Assembly: GCA_009380105.1 (NCBI GenBank)
Contig: WHSM01000001.1
Coordinates: 1 to 52,334 of the forward strand
From: Micromonosporaceae bacterium
GTDB taxonomy: Bacteria; Actinomycetota; Actinomycetes; Mycobacteriales; Micromonosporaceae
DNA length: 52,334 bases
Direction: 5' to 3'
Made by a program: the position numbers and the translations under genes. Within the stretch, counting starts at the first letter, position 1. Every line of letters begins with the position of its first letter. The notes under the pieces are model-generated. The model was not told where the DNA came from and did no database searches. It worked only from the letters and a program-made list of their open reading frames with translations. Positions 43,038 through 51,940 of this stretch are shown in pieces.

Positions 43038-43850
43038 GTGTTCCGTCGCCGGATTCAGATCAAGACGGCTGAGCAGCTGGAGTTGATGCGAGCGGCGGGC
43101 CTGGTCGTGGCCCGCACCCTCGCCGTGCTCCGCGAGGCAGCGCGGCCGGGTGTCTCGACCGGAGAGCTGGACGCGCTGGCCGAGGCGACGATCCGCTCCG
43201 AGGGCGCCGTGCCGAGCTTCAAGGGCTACCAGGGCTTCCCCGCGACCATCTGCGCGTCGGTGAACGACCGGGTGGTGCACGCGATCCCGTCGCGGGACGA
43301 AGTGCTCTCCGACGGCGACCTGATCTCCATCGACTGCGGCGCCATCCTCGACGGCTGGCACGGCGACTCCGCGATCACCGTGCCGATCGGTGACGTGGAG
43401 CCGGATCTGCTGGAGATGCTGCGCGTGGTCGAGGACTCGCTCTGGGCCGGAATCGCCGCGGCGCGTCCGGACGGCCGGCTCACGAACATCTCGCACGCCA
43501 TCGAGACCACGATCCGCGACCTTGGCCCGTACGGGATCGTGGAAGGGTACGGCGGCCACGGGATCGGCACCGAGATGCACCAGGAGCCGCACATCCACAA
43601 CCATGGCCGGGCCGGCCGCGGTCCGCGGATGACCGTCGGCATGGCGTTCGCGATCGAGCCGATGATCACCTGGGGTTCCCCGGAGGTGGTGGAGCTCGAC
43701 GACGGCTGGACCGTGGTGACGCTGGACGAGTCGGTGGCGGTGCACGTCGAGCACTCGATGGCGATCTGCGATGACGGCATCTGGGTGTTGACGGCGTTCG
43801 ACGGCGGCCGGGAACGACTCGGAGACCTGGTCACGGCCCGGCAGCGCTGA
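43038..43850 (+). CDS. map: Type I methionine aminopeptidase
   Basis: 270 aa from GTG 43038. FKGYQGFPATICASVNDRVVHAIP, DCGAILDGWHGDSA, GHGIG, AFAIEPM, HVEHS metal ligand motifs. The longer ORF from 42837 overlaps adk and is rejected. Confidence 0.93.
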   Translation: MFRRRIQIKTAEQLELMRAAGLVVARTLAVLREAARPGVSTGELDALAEATIRSEGAVPSFKGYQGFPATICASVNDRVVHAIPSRDEVLSDGDLISIDCGAILDGWHGDSAITVPIGDVEPDLLEMLRVVEDSLWAGIAAARPDGRLTNISHAIETTIRDLGPYGIVEGYGGHGIGTEMHQEPHIHNHGRAGRGPRMTVGMAFAIEPMITWGSPEVVELDDGWTVVTLDESVAVHVEHSMAICDDGIWVLTAFDGGRERLGDLVTARQR

Positions 43851-43949
43851 CCGGCGGAGCAGGGGCCGGATGCGCCGGGTATCCGTGACGCCCCGCCTCG
43901 GCGTGTCGTGGGATAGTGGAACGCAGAGGCGCGTGACGGGAGAGCCGGA

Positions 43950-44534
43950 ATGGAGCAACGACCGGACCTGAGGGCCAGCGACCAGGATCGCCAGAAGATC
44001 GCCGACCAGTTGAAGGACGCCGTGAGCGAGGGGCGCATCGACCTGTCGGAGTACGACGAGCGGCTCGCGTCGGCCTACGCTGCCAAGACGTACGGGGAGT
44101 TGGCCCAGGTCACCGCTGACCTGCCCCTGCCCGAGAAGCAGGCGGTCGCCCCCCGGCAAGGGGCGCCGATGGCGACCCAGCAGCAGATCGCGGAGGCCGA
44201 GAAGGCGGCGTTCGCGCGGCGCGCGCGGATCAGCCGCCGGCTGTGGCGCATGTGGCGGCCGTGGGCTGCGGCGTCAGCCGTCACCACCGGGGTGTGGCTG
44301 GCCATCCTCATCGCCAACGGCGGCGAGGTCACGTTCTTCTGGCCGGTGTTCGTGATCGTGCCGTGGGGGCTCATGCTCGCGGTGAAGAGCTTCGGCGTAG
44401 TCGGCAGCGGAGAGCGCTACGAGTGGGAAGGCGTCGAGGGGCGCGGGCCGGCAGGCCACCAGGTCGCAGACCGCCACGCGTCCGCCGAGCACTGGCGCAG
44501 CGCGCGGCGGGGGCGGCGCGGCGGGTGCTGCTGA
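43950..44534 (+). CDS. DUF1707-domain membrane protein
   Basis: N-terminal LRASDQDRQKIADQLKDAVSEGRIDLSEYDERLASAYAAKTYGELAQVTADLP is the classic DUF1707 motif. Two C-terminal TM helices. Confidence 0.7.
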   Translation: MEQRPDLRASDQDRQKIADQLKDAVSEGRIDLSEYDERLASAYAAKTYGELAQVTADLPLPEKQAVAPRQGAPMATQQQIAEAEKAAFARRARISRRLWRMWRPWAAASAVTTGVWLAILIANGGEVTFFWPVFVIVPWGLMLAVKSFGVVGSGERYEWEGVEGRGPAGHQVADRHASAEHWRSARRGRRGGCC

Positions 44535-44561
44535 GCCCCGCGCGGACGATGGGACCCCGGA

Positions 44562-44591
44562 TTGGTGTTCCGGGTCGGGTCAGCGTAAACT
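44562..44591 (+). promoter_or_regulatory. Candidate infA promoter
   Basis: TTGGTG, 18-nt spacer, TAAACT. Pattern match only. Confidence 0.2.
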
Positions 44592-44710
44592 GGCACGCTG
44601 GCGCACAGCGTCTGCTCCACTATGCCCGTTCTGCGCTTCGGCGGGACGTGGGGCGCGGCTGAGGCCTGTGAGTCAACCTAGATCCGAACTCGTCACGGTA
44701 AGCGGAGGAC

Positions 44711-44932
44711 ATGCCAAAAAAAGACGGCGCCATTGAGATCGAAGGGCGTGTGATCGAGCCCCTGCCGAACGCCATGTTCCGCGTGGAGCTCGCCAATGGT
44801 CACAAGGTCTTGGCCCACATCAGTGGGAAGATGCGGCAGCACTACATCCGCATTCTTCCGGAAGACCGGGTTGTCGTGGAGCTCTCGCCCTATGACCTCA
44901 CCCGGGGCCGCATCGTCTACCGCTACAAGTGA
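44711..44932 (+). CDS. infA: Translation initiation factor IF-1
   Basis: 73 aa. [42 protein letters not shown]. Confidence 0.97.
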   Translation: MPKKDGAIEIEGRVIEPLPNAMFRVELANGHKVLAHISGKMRQHYIRILPEDRVVVELSPYDLTRGRIVYRYK

Positions 44933-45061
44933 CGACTCGGGAGTCCGTGTCCATCTTCTTCGCGCGAGCCAGACGGCTCGGCGCAGACGGCGCCCGCTGT
45001 TCGGCGTGCCCCGCGAGCGTCGATCGCTGTGCTCTGTGTGAAAGGGAGTAAGGCAGCCGCC

Positions 45062-45175
45062 GTGAAGGTCAAGCCGAGCGTCAAGAAGATCTGCAACAAG
45101 TGCCGGGTGATCCGCCGTCACGGCCGGGTCATGGTGATTTGCGCAGACCCCCGCCACAAGCAGCGGCAGGGCTGA
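45062..45175 (+). CDS. rpmJ: 50S ribosomal protein bL36
   Basis: 37 aa, below the ORF-track cutoff and read by hand. GTG start; (M)[36 protein letters not shown], stop TGA 45173-45175. Confidence 0.92.
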   Translation: MKVKPSVKKICNKCRVIRRHGRVMVICADPRHKQRQG

Positions 45176-45319
45176 GCAGCAGCCACCGGCCACAACTGAA
45201 ACTAAAGCTCGTCCCAACCGGATTGCGGTAACCCTCGGTCGGAGGCCGGGGCCTTGTCTAGGGCGGCAAGGACGGGATGGGCGCAGACCTCCGAACGAGC
45301 TTAAGGAGCACGCCCGCAC

Positions 45320-45700
45320 ATGGCACGTCTGGTCGGCGTCGACCTCCCCCGCGAGAAGCGGATGGAGATCGCGCTCACGTACATCTTCGGCATTGGCCGC
45401 ACCCGCGCGCTGGAGTCCTGCGCGCAGGTCGGCGTGGACCCGAACAAGCGAGCCAAGGATCTCACCGACGAGGAGCTGGTCAAGCTTCGCGACTGGATCC
45501 AGGCCACATACAAGGTCGAGGGCGACCTTCGCCGCGAGGTCACCGCAGACATTCGGCGCAAGATCGAGATCGGTTGCTACCAGGGCATCCGGCACCGTCG
45601 CGGGCTGCCGGTGCGGGGTCAGCGGACCCGTACCAACGCGCGTGGCCGCAAGGGCCCGCGTCGCACCGTGGCCGGCAAGAAGAAGGCCGGCAAGAAGTAG
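45320..45700 (+). CDS. rpsM: 30S ribosomal protein uS13
   Basis: 126 aa. [30 protein letters not shown]. Confidence 0.96.
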   Translation: MARLVGVDLPREKRMEIALTYIFGIGRTRALESCAQVGVDPNKRAKDLTDEELVKLRDWIQATYKVEGDLRREVTADIRRKIEIGCYQGIRHRRGLPVRGQRTRTNARGRKGPRRTVAGKKKAGKK

Positions 45701-45754
45701 GTCGTCACGCCGGCCGCGACGCCGGCACGAAGCGCATCGAGGAGTTAGACAGGT

Positions 45755-46156
45755 ATGCCGCCAAAGGCACGCGCCGGCCTGAAGAAGGTACGGCGCAAAG
45801 AGAAGAAGAACATCGCCCACGGGCACGCCCATATCAAGAGCACCTTCAACAACACGATCGTGTCGATCACCGACCCGACCGGCAATGTGATCGCCTGGGC
45901 GTCGTCCGGCCAGGTGGGCTTCAAGGGTTCCCGCAAGTCGACCCCGTTCGCGGCGCAGTTGGCCGCCGAGGCCGCCGCGCGCCGCGCTATGGAGCACGGC
46001 ATGCGCAAGGTCGACGTGTACGTCAAGGGTCCAGGCTCCGGCCGCGAGACAGCGATCCGTTCGCTGCAGGCCGCCGGTCTGGAAGTTGGTTCGATCTCCG
46101 ACGTGACGCCGCAGCCGCACAACGGCTGCCGTCCGCCGAAGCGGCGTCGGGTCTGA
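45755..46156 (+). CDS. rpsK: 30S ribosomal protein uS11
   Basis: 133 aa. [30 protein letters not shown]...[16 protein letters not shown]. Confidence 0.96.
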   Translation: MPPKARAGLKKVRRKEKKNIAHGHAHIKSTFNNTIVSITDPTGNVIAWASSGQVGFKGSRKSTPFAAQLAAEAAARRAMEHGMRKVDVYVKGPGSGRETAIRSLQAAGLEVGSISDVTPQPHNGCRPPKRRRV

Positions 46157-46170
46157 GGGGGTAGCTGGAT

Positions 46171-46797
46171 ATGGCTCGTTACACCGGCCCCGACTGCCGT
46201 CGCTGCCGTCGGGAGAAGATGAAGCTGTTCTTGAAGGGCTCCAAGTGCGAGAGCCCGAAGTGCCCGATCGAGCAGCGCCCGTACCCGCCCGGCCAGCACG
46301 GCCGCGGCCGGCTCAAGGAGACCGAGTACCTGCTGCAGCTTCGTGAGAAGCAGAAGGCCCGCCGGGTGTACGGCGTGCTGGAGAAGCAGTTCAAGCGGTA
46401 CTACGAGGAAGCCAACCGCAAGGGCGGCAAGACCGGCGAGACGCTGCTGCAGATCCTCGAGTCCCGCCTGGACAACGTCGTGTACCGGGCCGGCTTCGGC
46501 AAGTCTCGGGACATGGCCCGCCAGCTCGTCAAGCACGGCCACATTCTGGTCAACGGCAAGAAGGTCGACATTCCGTCGTACCGGGTCGGCGGGCACGACA
46601 TCGTCGAGGTGCGGGAGAAGTCCCGCGAGTTGACGCCGTTCGTGGTGGCCCGCGCCGAGGCCGGCGGCAAGCCCGTGCCGGCGTGGCTGGAGGTCATCCC
46701 CGGCCAGATGAAGATCCTCGTCCACTCGCTCCCGGCCCGCCAGGTCATCGACACGCAGGTCCAGGAGCAGCTGATCGTCGAGCTCTACTCCAAGTAG
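46171..46797 (+). CDS. rpsD: 30S ribosomal protein uS4
   Basis: 208 aa. MARYTGPDCRRCRREKMKLFLKGSKCESPKCPIE... plus an S4 RNA-binding domain. Confidence 0.96.
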   Translation: MARYTGPDCRRCRREKMKLFLKGSKCESPKCPIEQRPYPPGQHGRGRLKETEYLLQLREKQKARRVYGVLEKQFKRYYEEANRKGGKTGETLLQILESRLDNVVYRAGFGKSRDMARQLVKHGHILVNGKKVDIPSYRVGGHDIVEVREKSRELTPFVVARAEAGGKPVPAWLEVIPGQMKILVHSLPARQVIDTQVQEQLIVELYSK

Positions 46798-46947
46798 CGC
46801 TCGTACGGGTTCGTCCCCTGGGGCGCCTCCCGCGTCCCTGGGGATGGACCCGGCGCCCGGCGCCGTTGTCGGCGGCGGGCAGGGCTCGAAGGAGCCCACT
46901 TGGTTGCGGCGTCATATAGCGGGCGCCCCGACAACTGGAGGAACACA

Positions 46948-47970
46948 GTGCTCATCACCCAACGGCCCACGCTGAGCGAAGAGTCGATCAGCGACACCCG
47001 CTCCCGGTTTGTCATCGAGCCGCTGGAGCCCGGCTTCGGCTACACCCTGGGCAACTCGCTCCGGCGCACGCTGCTCAGCTCCATCCCCGGCGCCGCCGTC
47101 ACGAGCATCAAGATCGACGGCGTGCTGCACGAGTTCACCACGATCCCCGGTGTCAAGGAGGACGTGGTGGAGCTGGTGCTCAACGTCAAGGAGCTGTGCG
47201 TCAGCTCCGAGCACGACGAGCCGGTGACCATGTACATGCGCAAGCAGGGCCCCGGCGAGATCACAGCCGGCGACATCCAGCCTCCGGCGGGGGTCAGCGT
47301 GCACAACGCCGACCTGCGCCTGGCGACCCTCAACGGCAAGGGCCGGGTTGACATGGAGCTGGTGGTCGAGCGTGGCCGCGGCTACGTCACCGCCGCCCAG
47401 AACAAGCAGGCCGGTCAGGAGATCGGCCGGGTGCCGGTGGACTCGATCTACACCCCGGTGCTCAAGGTCAGCTACAAGGTCGAGGCCACCCGGGTGGAGC
47501 AGCGCACAGACTTCGACAAGCTGATCGTCGACGTGGAGACGAAGCCGTCGATCAGCCCGCGCACCGCTCTGGCGTCGGCCGGCTCCACGCTGGTCGAGCT
47601 GTTCGGGCTGTGCCGCGAGCTGGACGAGACCGCCGAGGGCATCGACATCGGCCCGTCGCCGCAGGACGCTCAGCTCGCCGCGGATCTGGCGCTGCCGATC
47701 GAGGAGCTGGATCTCACCGTGCGGTCGTACAACTGCCTGAAGCGCGAGGGCATCAACACGGTCGGCGAGCTGATCAGCCGCAACGAGGCCGACCTGCTCG
47801 ACATCAGGAACTTCGGCCAGAAGTCCATCGACGAGGTCAAGATGAAGCTCGCCGGCATGGGGCTCGCGCTGAAGGACTCCTCGCCGGTCTTCGACCCCGC
47901 CAACGTCGTGGACAGCTTCGCTGACACCGACTACGACGGCGGCGACTTCCGGGAGACCGAGGAACTGTAG
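46948..47970 (+). CDS. rpoA: DNA-directed RNA polymerase subunit alpha
   Basis: 340 aa from GTG 46948 (RBS ggagga). (M)[11 protein letters not shown]...[31 protein letters not shown]...; CTD has [14 protein letters not shown]. The ORF start at 46900 is rejected by homology. Confidence 0.95.
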   Translation: MLITQRPTLSEESISDTRSRFVIEPLEPGFGYTLGNSLRRTLLSSIPGAAVTSIKIDGVLHEFTTIPGVKEDVVELVLNVKELCVSSEHDEPVTMYMRKQGPGEITAGDIQPPAGVSVHNADLRLATLNGKGRVDMELVVERGRGYVTAAQNKQAGQEIGRVPVDSIYTPVLKVSYKVEATRVEQRTDFDKLIVDVETKPSISPRTALASAGSTLVELFGLCRELDETAEGIDIGPSPQDAQLAADLALPIEELDLTVRSYNCLKREGINTVGELISRNEADLLDIRNFGQKSIDEVKMKLAGMGLALKDSSPVFDPANVVDSFADTDYDGGDFRETEEL

Positions 47971-47986
47971 AGGTCACGTGTGGCGA

Positions 47987-48010
47987 CCGGCGCCGGGACT
48001 CCGGCGCCGG
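47987..48010 (+). other. GC hairpin in the rpoA-rplQ spacer
   Basis: Two copies of the self-complementary decamer CCGGCGCCGG (47987-47996 and 48001-48010) separated by GACT give a 10-bp stem with a tetraloop, starting 17 nt after the rpoA stop. Confidence 0.4.
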
Positions 48011-48065
48011 CGCGCCGGCAGCACACCAGCCCAAGAACAATTGACGCAACGTAGGAGCACCAACG

Positions 48066-48806
48066 ATGCCCCAGCCCACCAAGGGAGCCCGTCTCGGCGG
48101 CAGCCCTGCACACCAGCGGTTGATGCTGGCGAACCTCGCCACGTCGCTGTTCCGGCACGGCAAGATCCGGACGACCGAGACCAAGGCGAAGCGGCTGCGG
48201 CCCTTCGCGGAGCGTCTGGTCACCTTCGGCAAGCGCGGCGACCTCAACTCCCGTCGCCGGGCGATCGCCGTGCTCCGGGACAAGGAAGTCGTGCACCAGC
48301 TCTTCGAGGAGATCGCGCGCAGGTACGCCAACCGGCCAGGCGGCTACACCCGTACCACCAAGATCGGTCCGCGTAAGGGCGACAACGCTCCGATGGCCGT
48401 GATCGAGCTGGTCGAGGAGTTGGCCGTCGCCGAGCCGGAGGCGAAGCGCGCCGCGCGCAAGGCGGCGAAGGCCGACGCGGTGGCCGCGCTCGCGGGCGAG
48501 ACCGACGAGGCTGACGAGGCCGCGGCCCCGGAGGCCAAGGCCCCCGAGACCGACCTGGTCGGCGCGGACGAGGAGCCGCCGTACGGCGAGGGCAGCCACG
48601 CCCCGCTGGAGGACGACTCCCAGCCGGAAGGTTTCCCGATCAAGGGGAACGAGGACTCAAAGCTCTACCACACCACGGACAGCCCGTCCTACAAGCGGAC
48701 GGTCGCCGAGGTGTGGTTCGCGACCGAGGAGGCCGCGGAGGCCGCTGGCTTCCAGAAGCCGCCGTCGCAGCGGGACAAGGACGACTCCGAGGATTCCGCG
48801 GAGTAA
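48066..48806 (+). CDS. rplQ: 50S ribosomal protein bL17 with ~130-aa C-terminal extension (acidic linker plus the same terminal module as uL4)
   Basis: bL17 core [46 protein letters not shown]...MAVIELV ends near residue 116. The frame continues to residue 246. Confidence 0.92.
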   Translation: MPQPTKGARLGGSPAHQRLMLANLATSLFRHGKIRTTETKAKRLRPFAERLVTFGKRGDLNSRRRAIAVLRDKEVVHQLFEEIARRYANRPGGYTRTTKIGPRKGDNAPMAVIELVEELAVAEPEAKRAARKAAKADAVAALAGETDEADEAAAPEAKAPETDLVGADEEPPYGEGSHAPLEDDSQPEGFPIKGNEDSKLYHTTDSPSYKRTVAEVWFATEEAAEAAGFQKPPSQRDKDDSEDSAE

Positions 48807-48815
48807 TCGCCTCCG

Positions 48816-49664
48816 TTGAATGAACCACTTGCACCCGAGCCCGCCAGAGAGCACTCTGGCGGGCTCGTGCGTGTCCGGCTGGATGTGTCGTACGACGGGA
48901 CCGAGTTCTCCGGTTGGGCGGCGCAGCCCGACCAGCGCACCGTGGCGGGGGTGCTGCTCGAAGCGCTGACCAGGCTGTTCGGGAGGCCTGGCGGGCTCAC
49001 GGTGGCGGGACGCACTGACGCTGGCGTGCACGCCACCGGCCAGGTGTGTCATGTGGACGTGCCGGCCGACGCGTGGGCGAGGTCTGCCGGCACCGTGATC
49101 CGGCGACTGGCGGGTCTGCTGCCGCCGGACGTGCGGGTGGTCGCGGCGGCTGAGGCCCCGCCCGACTTCGACGCGCGCTTCTCGGCGATCCGCCGCCGGT
49201 ACGAGTACCGCGTCGTCGACGAGCCGTGGGGTGCGCCGCCGTTGCGTCGTCGCGACACGCTCGCGTGGCCGTGGCGGCTGGACGTGCATCGGCTGAACGC
49301 GGCCGCGGCGGGCCTGATCGGCGAGCATGACTTCGCGGCGTACTGCCGGCGAAAGGAGCACGGCACGACGATCCGCACCCTGCTGCGGTTGGACTGGCGG
49401 CGGGATCCGGACGGCGCCGTGGTGGCGAGTGTGGAGGCGGACGCGTTCTGCCAGGCGATGGTGCGCAGTCTGGTCGGCGCGTTGCTGCCGGTCGGGGATG
49501 GTCGTCGTCCCGTGGAGTGGCCGGCGTCGCTGCTGTCGCGGCGGGAGCGCGCCAGCGAGGTGGGGGTGGCGCCGCCGCACGGGCTGAACCTGGTGGGCGT
49601 GGACTACCCGGACGCAGAGGGGTACGCCGCCCAGGCCGGCCGGGCCCGCACCCTCCGATCTTGA
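48816..49664 (+). CDS. truA: tRNA pseudouridine(38-40) synthase
   Basis: 282 aa. VRLDVSYDGTEFSGWAAQPDQRTV...VAGRTDAGVHATGQV (catalytic Asp). TTG start; a later start is possible. Confidence 0.9.
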   Translation: MNEPLAPEPAREHSGGLVRVRLDVSYDGTEFSGWAAQPDQRTVAGVLLEALTRLFGRPGGLTVAGRTDAGVHATGQVCHVDVPADAWARSAGTVIRRLAGLLPPDVRVVAAAEAPPDFDARFSAIRRRYEYRVVDEPWGAPPLRRRDTLAWPWRLDVHRLNAAAAGLIGEHDFAAYCRRKEHGTTIRTLLRLDWRRDPDGAVVASVEADAFCQAMVRSLVGALLPVGDGRRPVEWPASLLSRRERASEVGVAPPHGLNLVGVDYPDAEGYAAQAGRARTLRS

Positions 49665-49732
49665 CTGACCGATCAGTTTCCGGCGTCCTGGGGTCTAACC
49701 TTCCGTAGGGCTATCGGTGAAGGGAGATCGCG

Positions 49733-50345
49733 ATGAAGTTGACGGTGACCACGTTCCTGTCGGTCGACGGGGTGATGCAGGGGCCGGGCGGTCCGGACGA
49801 GGACCGCGGCGATGGGTTCACGCGGGGCGGCTGGGTGGTCCCGCACTTCGACGAGGACGCCGGCCGGTTCATGAACGAGGTGTTCGACCAGGTCGACGCG
49901 TTCCTGCTCGGCCGGCACACGTACGACATTTTCGCCGCGTCCTGGCCGAACGCGACGGACCCGGACGACCCGATCGCGAGCCGGCTCAACACGCTGCCCA
50001 AATGTCGCTTCGACCACGCTGACCGCGCCCGAGTGGGGCCCCACGACGGTGCTCACCGGCGACGTGCCCGCCGCGGTGGCCGACCTCAAGCGGCAGCCGG
50101 GGCGGGAGTTGCAGGTGCACGGCAGCGGCGCGCTGGTGCGCACCCTGCACGAGCACGACCTGGTCGACGAGTACCGGCTGCTGGTCTTCCCGGTCGTCGT
50201 CGGGGAGGGCCGCCGCCTGTTCCCCGACCGGGGCGTGGCCACCGGGCTCACCCTGGCAGACACGCGCACCACCGGCTCAGGCGTGGCCATCCAGGTGTAC
50301 CGGCCGACCGGCCGGCCCGAGTTCGGCACGATCGAGGTCACCTAG
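49733..50345 (+). pseudogene. RibD_C / dihydrofolate-reductase-family gene interrupted by a frameshift near 50012
   Basis: N-terminal half [24 protein letters not shown]...ASRLNTLPK is in the frame of 49733. The C-terminal half ([16 protein letters not shown])[29 protein letters not shown]...[10 protein letters not shown] is in the frame of 50013/50049. The junction reads aaa-t-gtc. Confidence 0.7.
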
Positions 50346-50675
50346 CTCGCTCAGCGGAGTTTGAGGGCCAGCTCGACTAGTGCTCCCGCCTCACGGGCGC
50401 TCTCCCGATGTCCCGCGCTGCCGCTCTGATCCGCGCCACGGCTTCCAGCATCTGCCGCTCCAGATCAGGCGGCCGGCTCGGCAGTGTCCCCCTGTCCCGG
50501 CGCTCCAGGGAGGCGAAGCGCGGAACGGCCTGCCGAGCCGGCCTGTGGGAGTGACTCTCACTCCCGTCATCACCCGGTACCGAGGACATGACTCCAGGTT
50601 GCGGCATCGGCCTGGCGTGCGGAAGAATCTCGTGCACTCCGCACGCTGCGCGGTGACAAGAGACTGGGGGGCATT

Positions 50676-51545
50676 GTGAGAAGAGGCAGGACCATCCAGG
50701 CGCGGGAGTTGGGCCGGCAGCTGCGGAACCGGCGCCAGGAAGCGGGGATGAGCGTGGACCACGCCGCTGCCGAGCTGTCGCTGTCGGTGCCCACGATCTA
50801 CCGGTACGAGACGGGGACGACGGTGCCGAGGCCACCCGACGTGAAGGGGCTCTGCGAGGCGTACGGCGCTGATGAGGACATGACGCGAGCGCTCGTCGCC
50901 TTGGCGCGGGAAGCCGACGCGCCCGGATGGTGGCGAAGCTACGACGGGGCGATCCCGCGATGGTTCGACACGTTCGTCTCCCTGGAGAGCGGGGCCAACC
51001 ACATTCGGGCGTACGACTCTGAACGGGTGCTCGGGTTGCTTCAGACCAGGGCGTACGCGGAGGCGATGATCCGTGCCCTGGTGCCCCCGGAGGTCGACCA
51101 CGAGGGGGTGTCCAAGCGGGTTGAGGTGCGGATGCAGCGGCAGCGCATCCTGGAGCGCCGCAACCCGCCGCAGTTGGACGTGATCCTCGGCGAGGCCACA
51201 CTGGTTCGGTCTCCCGGTGACGAGATCATGGCCGAGCAACTGTCGCATCTGGACAAGGTCTCGCGACGTCCGAATATCACGCTGCGAGTCCTGCCCCTGA
51301 ACTTGATCCATCGTGGCTTGGGGTGCGGCGCCAACTTCATGATGTTGGACTTCCCGACCGACAGGCGCGACCTCGGTGAGCCTCCAATGGTGTACGCGGA
51401 GAACCTCACGGGCGCGGTCTACCTAGACAAGCCGGGGGAGATCCGGGCGTACAGCCGGGTCTGGGAGAGCCTTGTGCGAGATGGGTCGTCCACAGCCGAG
51501 TCCCGTACGATCATCAATACTTACAGGGAGAGGTACGAGCAGTGA
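50676..51545 (+). CDS. XRE-family HTH regulator with DUF5753-like C-terminal domain (WhiJ/Scr1-like)
   Basis: 289 aa. LGRQLRNRRQEAGMSVDHAAAELSLSVPTIYRYETG is the HTH; WWRSYDGAIPRWFDTFVSLESGANHIRAYDSERVLGLLQT is typical of the family. GTG start. Confidence 0.8.
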   Translation: MRRGRTIQARELGRQLRNRRQEAGMSVDHAAAELSLSVPTIYRYETGTTVPRPPDVKGLCEAYGADEDMTRALVALAREADAPGWWRSYDGAIPRWFDTFVSLESGANHIRAYDSERVLGLLQTRAYAEAMIRALVPPEVDHEGVSKRVEVRMQRQRILERRNPPQLDVILGEATLVRSPGDEIMAEQLSHLDKVSRRPNITLRVLPLNLIHRGLGCGANFMMLDFPTDRRDLGEPPMVYAENLTGAVYLDKPGEIRAYSRVWESLVRDGSSTAESRTIINTYRERYEQ

Positions 51546-51721
51546 GTGACTTAGTGTGGCGCAAGTCCAGCAGGTCCGGCGGAGAAGGCGCCTGCGTCGA
51601 GGTTGCGGCGCTGCCTGACCGCGTGATGGTGCGTGACTCCAAGGATCCTGACGGAGCGGTGCTGACCTTCCCGCGCGGCGAGTGGCGAGCCTTCGTGGAC
51701 CACCTGCGCGAGGTCCGTTGA
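51542..51721 (+). CDS. DUF397-domain protein
   Basis: 59 aa, below the ORF-track cutoff and read by hand. (M)SDLVWRKSSRSGGEGACVEVAALPDRVMVRDSKDPDGAVLTFPRGEWRAFVDHL. The GTG overlaps the XRE stop (GTGA). Confidence 0.8.
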   Translation: MSDLVWRKSSRSGGEGACVEVAALPDRVMVRDSKDPDGAVLTFPRGEWRAFVDHLREVR

Positions 51722-51940
51722 GAGCGATTCCGCTGCACGCTTGGTAGCCCCTGCGCTGTCTCACAGTGGGTGGGGGTTGCGCGCGTCCGGCGTGCTCTGC
51801 TGCTCGTATGGCCAATGCAAACCGCTATCCCACCACGGCGGCATTGCGGGTCGCTATCTCACCACGGCGGGGGAAGCGGCATCGGCGATCTGACAGCCGC
51901 GTTGCTCGGACACAGCCACGCTCAGCGCCTCCTGCCAATC

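Noticed and set aside
50377-50589. Possible 70-aa minus-strand ORF (MSSVPGDDGSESHSHRPARQ...LERQMLEAVARIRAAARDIGRAPVRREH) divergent from the XRE regulator.
   Set aside because: It has no recognisable domain, no clear RBS and only moderate third-position GC compared with the real genes here. It is kept as a note because small divergent genes do accompany XRE/DUF397 loci.
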